Assembly: GCA_028534125.1 (NCBI GenBank)
Contig: CM052838.1
Coordinates: 46,562,001 to 46,626,000, forward strand
Reading direction: 5' to 3'
Length of the DNA stretch: 64,000 nt
Source of the DNA: Lama glama
Taxonomy: Eukaryota
Every line of letters starts with the position of its first letter. The stretch's first letter is position 1. This document shows positions 61,201-64,000 of the stretch, piece after piece. The notes under the pieces were generated by a model, which worked only from the letters and a program-made list of their open reading frames with translations, was not told the origin of the DNA and did no database searches. The translations under genes and the position numbers were made by a program.

Positions 61201-64000
61201 TCTTACTCCTCTCTTTCTCCACTACTTTTTGCCATTGTATACTTTGATCTCTGCTTTCAAGACTTTAACATACATAGGTAAGTTTTCCTTGTGTAAGAAT
61301 AGAATTTTGTTTTATATGCTGTTTTGCAGCTTGCTTTTTTTCTCAGAGCAGTTTGTCGTGGGCTGTTTCTTTTCCCATGCTAGTCTGTTTACGTCAACCT
61401 TGTTCTTTTACCTTATTTTTTACATTTTTTTTTTAGTATTCTATCATGTGTTTTGGGTTTTTTTGGTTTATTTTTTATTGAGGTATAGTCAGTTTACAAT
61501 GTGTCAGTTTCTGGTGTACAGCACAATTCTTCAGTCACACATGAATATACATATATTCGTTTTCATATTCTTTTTCACCATAAGCTACTACAAGATATTG
61601 AATATATTTCCATGTGCTATACAGAATAAACTTGTTTATCTATTTTATATATGCTAGTCAGTATGTTTTGTTTTTTTTAATCACAGTTTATTTGAACAAT
61701 TCTGTTGATGGATAATAATGTTGAAGTAAATATCTTCGCACATATGTTTAGATACTAGTGCAAGTATATCTGTGAAATAAATTCCTAGAAGTAAAAGTGA
61801 TGGGTTAAACAGTGTTACACATTTTGCCAAAGTACCTTCCAAAAGGACTGTGCTGATTTTTATCTCCATTAACAATTAGCAAATGTGACTGTTCATTTCT
61901 CTCACCCCTATCAACACTGGATAGTCTTCATTTTTATCTTTGCCATTGAATAGGCTAAAATTGATCTCTCATTTTGAGTTGCATTTCTCATACTGGTCAT
62001 TTTTCAAGTTTATCGGCTCTTTATATTTGTTCTGAGCTTTGCTTGGCCAAGTTGCTTCCTCATTTTTATATTGAAGCGTCCATCTTCTTAATTAAAAAAA
62101 ATTGATCTGTAGGTGTTGTCTATAAAAGGGTAGCAGTAATCTTTCGCAGTTGGGGTTGCTTTGTTTATGAACTATTTCAGATGCACACAAATGAACCTAC
62201 GTCAGAGTTTTAAAACCATTTGATAGCCTGAATAAACTAACATTGAAAGGGTAGATTTCAGCATGGTACAATACAGCCTTTCTGAGAATCAGAGTTAGCC
62301 AGCAGTGGAGCAGATGCCTTCAGGAGGCAGTGACTGGAGAGTAGTCATCTCTCTTTCCCATCTCGAGTGTCCCAGTCACCAGCACCTGCCTAAATTCTCA
62401 ACGACTTGTCAGAGCTAACCTGCACAAAAATGCCCAGGGCCTAGGAGGGGAAAAAGAATGAGTCAGAGAGAAATCCAGGATCATCTCCCCTTTGTCTCCT
62501 GGAGGCTTACAAAATGCAAGTGTGATTTTGTAGCAAAATATTTTTAAAAATATATTTATTATAGTTAAACATATGAGTAACATTCATTTGTAGTTCCTTC
62601 ATCTGTCAAATGTGGATAATAAGTTAATTGCCTAAAGGTAGGCAGTCCCTCCAGGTGCTTTCCTACTTTAAGGGCTGTGATACCCTGGTAGAAAAGGCAG
62701 ATGCCTGTCACGGGGAGAGTTTGGACTATATTGCTGCTGAGATCCCTTCTGCTGATAAGATTCTATACTTTACCACTTCGGGCTGCTACTTGCCGTGTTA
62801 GATGAAATGAGTTTGGAAACCCACCCAAAGAGTAAACCCAAAGCCTCCTGTGCTCAGGCCTCACTGATTGGCCTCCTCTGAACTGCTGCTGTGAGTCTGC
62901 AGTGGTACCAGGCTGTCCCCTGTCACAGTTTCCTATGGTGAGTCCGTCTCCACTGAGATCGGACCCTCCCAGCCGCTGACACAAGCTGGTCCCGTCTCCT
63001 AAGTACTCACCCCAAGGCTGTATGGGCCTCCAGAGGGCTTATGTCTCCTTTTGTCCTCCCGGCACCTTCCTTGGGTAAGAAGAGCAGGTAGTGTTGTTTT
63101 GACTAAACAGATTAGTAAACTCAGGCCCAGAGAGGGAACTTGTCCCGAGTGCCTCGGCAGGGTTCAGCAGGATGAAGAACAGAGCCCTTACTTCCTTCTG
63201 CCTGTCACTCAGCCTTGTGGAGAAGAAGCCGAGGCTCTCTCCCTTCTCCCAAGGTGCTGGCTCAGCGTTTCCTTCTCTTCTGCTCTTATTCCAGGTGTTA
63301 TGTCCTGTCCACCACGGATCCTGAGTTGACTTTGTCACTGCGATCGTCCAGGTGGGTGTCTGTCATTGGGACAAGAATTAGGGGGAGAAGCCCAGGACTG
63401 AGGAGGGGCTACGTGGACCTGACACAGAGCTTTGGGCCTCCCAGCTTGCTTCTCTGCTCACACCTTATGCCCTGCTCTGTTGTTACCAGAAAAGCTGAGG
63501 ACACTCAGATTGTAGACGAGCCTGTCTGCTCAGGCTCTTGTTTCCCAGGGAAAGGTTCAGACATCCAGAGTGGAGTTCGAGGTTGCCAGATGGCGGCCCT
63601 GCTAATGGGAGGTGATTTAGTCCCCCAGTTCCGCAGTAGGGGTGAGTGTGCCGAGAAGAGGACTGGCCCAAGGTCCTGATTTGAAACGGATGTTTATGAG
63701 ACCAGAGCTTTAGGTCTGACCTCCCTCTGGTTTGCTCAGCTGCTTGCTATTACCGTTAAAGCCAGTGCACTGACACATCCCTGGCTGATAGGACTTCAGG
63801 AGAGAGCAGGGCTGGGCTCTGAAGGTGATGCCCTTCTGACAGGTCCAGAGTCATATTCTTGCCAACCGTGATGATCACAGATGAGTTGGGGGTGAGGGTG
63901 AGGAAAAGGGGTTAGAGGTACGTGTATAAGTCTCTTATTCCTTTAGGACGAACCCGGAGACGAAAAGCAAAATAGCAGACCCCGAGATTAACTCCATCCA
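31175..64000 (+). CDS. PDCD11: PDCD11 (RRP5 homolog / ALG-4; S1-repeat rRNA-processing protein), 3'-partial
   Basis: [12 protein letters not shown] start and 26 phase-consistent coding exons (3953 nt, ~1317 codons) with repeated S1-type motifs ([29 protein letters not shown]). The gene continues past the window. Confidence 0.97.
32145..32276 (+). CDS. PDCD11: PDCD11 exon 3
   Basis: ttag|[12 protein letters not shown]...ILNKE|gtgtgt. Confidence 0.92.
33289..33456 (+). CDS. PDCD11: PDCD11 exon 4
   Basis: ctag|[10 protein letters not shown]...EEPLQ|gtaagg. Confidence 0.94.
33480..34620 (-). mobile_element. Ancient LINE-2-like fragment (similar purine-rich relics at ~14030-14360, ~14930-15830)
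   Basis: Degenerate motifs such as ttgagtttgaggtgc and ggatttagcaacatggaagtcattgatga. Confidence 0.5.
34852..35013 (+). CDS. PDCD11: PDCD11 exon 5
   Basis: gcag|DLVGLPELF...KSGM|gtacgt. Confidence 0.94.
36339..36445 (-). mobile_element. tRNA-derived SINE (Vic-1-like)
   Basis: gaacccaggacctc...ctaccactgagctata on the + strand. Confidence 0.8.
36610..36733 (+). CDS. PDCD11: PDCD11 exon 6
   Basis: ccag|[13 protein letters not shown]...QKNK G|gtgagg. Confidence 0.94.
37193..37374 (+). CDS. PDCD11: PDCD11 exon 7
   Basis: gcag|GAKLKVGQ...AQVQK|gtaagc. Confidence 0.94.
38268..38400 (-). mobile_element. tRNA-derived SINE (Vic-1-like) with 16-bp TSD
   Basis: TSD cactcc(c/g)ctgtattgg at 38252-38267 and 38402-38417. 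Confidence 0.85.
38814..39344 (-). mobile_element. ERVL-type solo LTR (MER68/MER77-like)
   Basis: Minus strand begins TGTGCAGAAAAGAGTTAA; AATAAA on the minus strand near 39102-39107. Confidence 0.6.
40371..40473 (-). mobile_element. tRNA-derived SINE (Vic-1-like) with perfect 15-bp TSD
   Basis: aattttctttttctg at 40356-40370 and 40474-40488. Confidence 0.85.
41544..41651 (+). CDS. PDCD11: PDCD11 exon 8
   Basis: ctag|[10 protein letters not shown]...FSNQP|gtaaga. Confidence 0.92.
42655..42778 (-). mobile_element. tRNA-derived SINE (Vic-1-like)
   Basis: gattgaacccaggacctcgtgcatgc...actgagctat with a T-rich tail. Confidence 0.82.
42917..43123 (+). CDS. PDCD11: PDCD11 exon 9
   Basis: ttag|[10 protein letters not shown]...LAYAW|gtaagg. 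Confidence 0.92.
43328..43452 (+). CDS. PDCD11: PDCD11 exon 10
   Basis: gtag|LSHLSNSKK...LSLR AC|gtaagt. Confidence 0.92.
43634..43694 (+). CDS. PDCD11: PDCD11 exon 11
   Basis: ctag|[21 protein letters not shown]|gtaaga. Confidence 0.92.
44334..44480 (+). CDS. PDCD11: PDCD11 exon 12
   Basis: ctag|[10 protein letters not shown]...EVKCR|gtgagc. Confidence 0.94.
44547..44748. repeat. 101-bp tandem duplication (2 copies, 2 mismatches)
   Basis: ggagtttctgcatc...ttgtgta at 44547-44647 and 44648-44748. Confidence 0.95.
45883..46134 (+). CDS. PDCD11: PDCD11 exon 13
   Basis: ctag|[10 protein letters not shown]...FYTGQ|gtaacc. Confidence 0.94.
46715..46849 (+). CDS. PDCD11: PDCD11 exon 14
   Basis: ccag|VVKVVVLSC...INAGQ|gtacct. 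Confidence 0.92.
47344..47538 (+). CDS. PDCD11: PDCD11 exon 15
   Basis: atag|LVDVKVLEK...HDEHV|gtatccttt (U12-type donor). Confidence 0.92.
47539..48456 (+). other. PDCD11: U12-type (minor spliceosome) GT-AG intron of PDCD11
   Basis: 5'ss GTATCCTTT; branch site TTCCTTGAT at 48435-48443; AG at 48455-48456 with no polypyrimidine tract; splicing keeps the frame (HV|LLCRKP). Confidence 0.9.
48457..48627 (+). CDS. PDCD11: PDCD11 exon 16
   Basis: cactag|[10 protein letters not shown]...LAPKA|gtaagt. Confidence 0.92.
49458..49677 (+). CDS. PDCD11: PDCD11 exon 17
   Basis: ttag|IMSDKFVT...LMSNR G|gtaggg. Confidence 0.94.
50483..50632 (+). CDS. PDCD11: PDCD11 exon 18
   Basis: gcag|DSVLIQTL...YHRA G|gtgagt. 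Confidence 0.94.
51052..51167 (+). CDS. PDCD11: PDCD11 exon 19
   Basis: gcag|GQEVESGQ...RKAKK|gtaagc. Confidence 0.93.
52471..53012 (+). CDS. PDCD11: PDCD11 exon 20
   Basis: ccag|LKKGSEHQ...DMKTF AA|gtatgg. Confidence 0.93.
53877..53939 (+). CDS. PDCD11: PDCD11 exon 21
   Basis: ccag|[23 protein letters not shown]|gtgaga. Confidence 0.93.
55815..57180 (-). mobile_element. MLT1-type MaLR LTR split by an L1 fragment (~55990-57005)
   Basis: ggcctctctccttggcttgca...gttctgatctcctctt resumes at cttataaggccaccagtca...gcccaccctaatgacctc after the L1. Confidence 0.6.
56505..56640 (-). mobile_element. tRNA-derived SINE (Vic-1-like) inserted in an L1 fragment
   Basis: Same consensus as the other copies; TSD-like caattatt on both sides. 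Confidence 0.82.
58474..58582 (+). CDS. PDCD11: PDCD11 exon 22
   Basis: acag|T ELEKDGH...CFLKK|gtgagt. Confidence 0.93.
58919..58947. repeat. (CA)n microsatellite, interrupted
   Basis: acacacacacacacacattcacacacaca. Confidence 0.8.
60079..60168 (+). CDS. PDCD11: PDCD11 exon 23
   Basis: ccag|[10 protein letters not shown]...SLSFK|gtcagt. Confidence 0.93.
60363..60465 (+). CDS. PDCD11: PDCD11 exon 24
   Basis: tcag|VLKHPDKKF...CLSLI G|gtgtgg. Confidence 0.93.
60896..61073 (+). CDS. PDCD11: PDCD11 exon 25
   Basis: ccag|[10 protein letters not shown]...QKIV AG|gtaggc. Confidence 0.93.
63295..63351 (+). CDS. PDCD11: PDCD11 exon 26
   Basis: ccag|[21 protein letters not shown]|gtgggt. Confidence 0.92.
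63947..64000 (+). CDS. PDCD11: PDCD11 exon 27 (truncated by window end)
   Basis: ttag|[18 protein letters not shown]. Confidence 0.9.

Noticed and set aside
61190-61657. 155-aa hydrophobic ORF resembling a membrane protein
   Set aside because: T-rich intron plus an antisense L1 tail yields Phe/Leu-rich translation by composition.
1-64000. Prokaryote-style systems (CRISPR arrays, operons, defence loci) or an intact autonomous transposon
   Set aside because: This is spliced mammalian DNA; I saw no repeat-spacer array and no intact RT, transposase or gag-pol ORF.

Overview
Mammalian genomic DNA, most likely a camelid (at least 8 copies of a tRNA-derived SINE resembling the camelid Vic-1 family). 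It covers the TAF5 - ATP5MK (USMG5/DAPIT) - MIR1307 - PDCD11 cluster. Bases 1-10.9 kb are intergenic, nested repeats plus a ~265-bp palindrome. TAF5 (+, ~11082-23298) has 11 coding exons, with the start codon and all of exon 3 hidden in N runs. ATP5MK (-, 58 aa) ends tail-to-tail with TAF5 and hosts MIR1307. It shares a CpG/ETS-rich bidirectional promoter (~29.4-29.8 kb) with PDCD11 (+, RRP5 homolog), whose coding exons 2-27 run to the window end. Notable points: a U12-type intron in PDCD11, a candidate uORF-bearing ATP5MK exon overlapping the miR-1307 hairpin, an AATAAA overlapping the TAF5 stop codon, the palindrome with CTCF-like motifs, and N runs that look like masking. I found no convincing wholly new biological system. 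Gene, miRNA and repeat-family names and human comparisons come from recognition or recall, not from searches.
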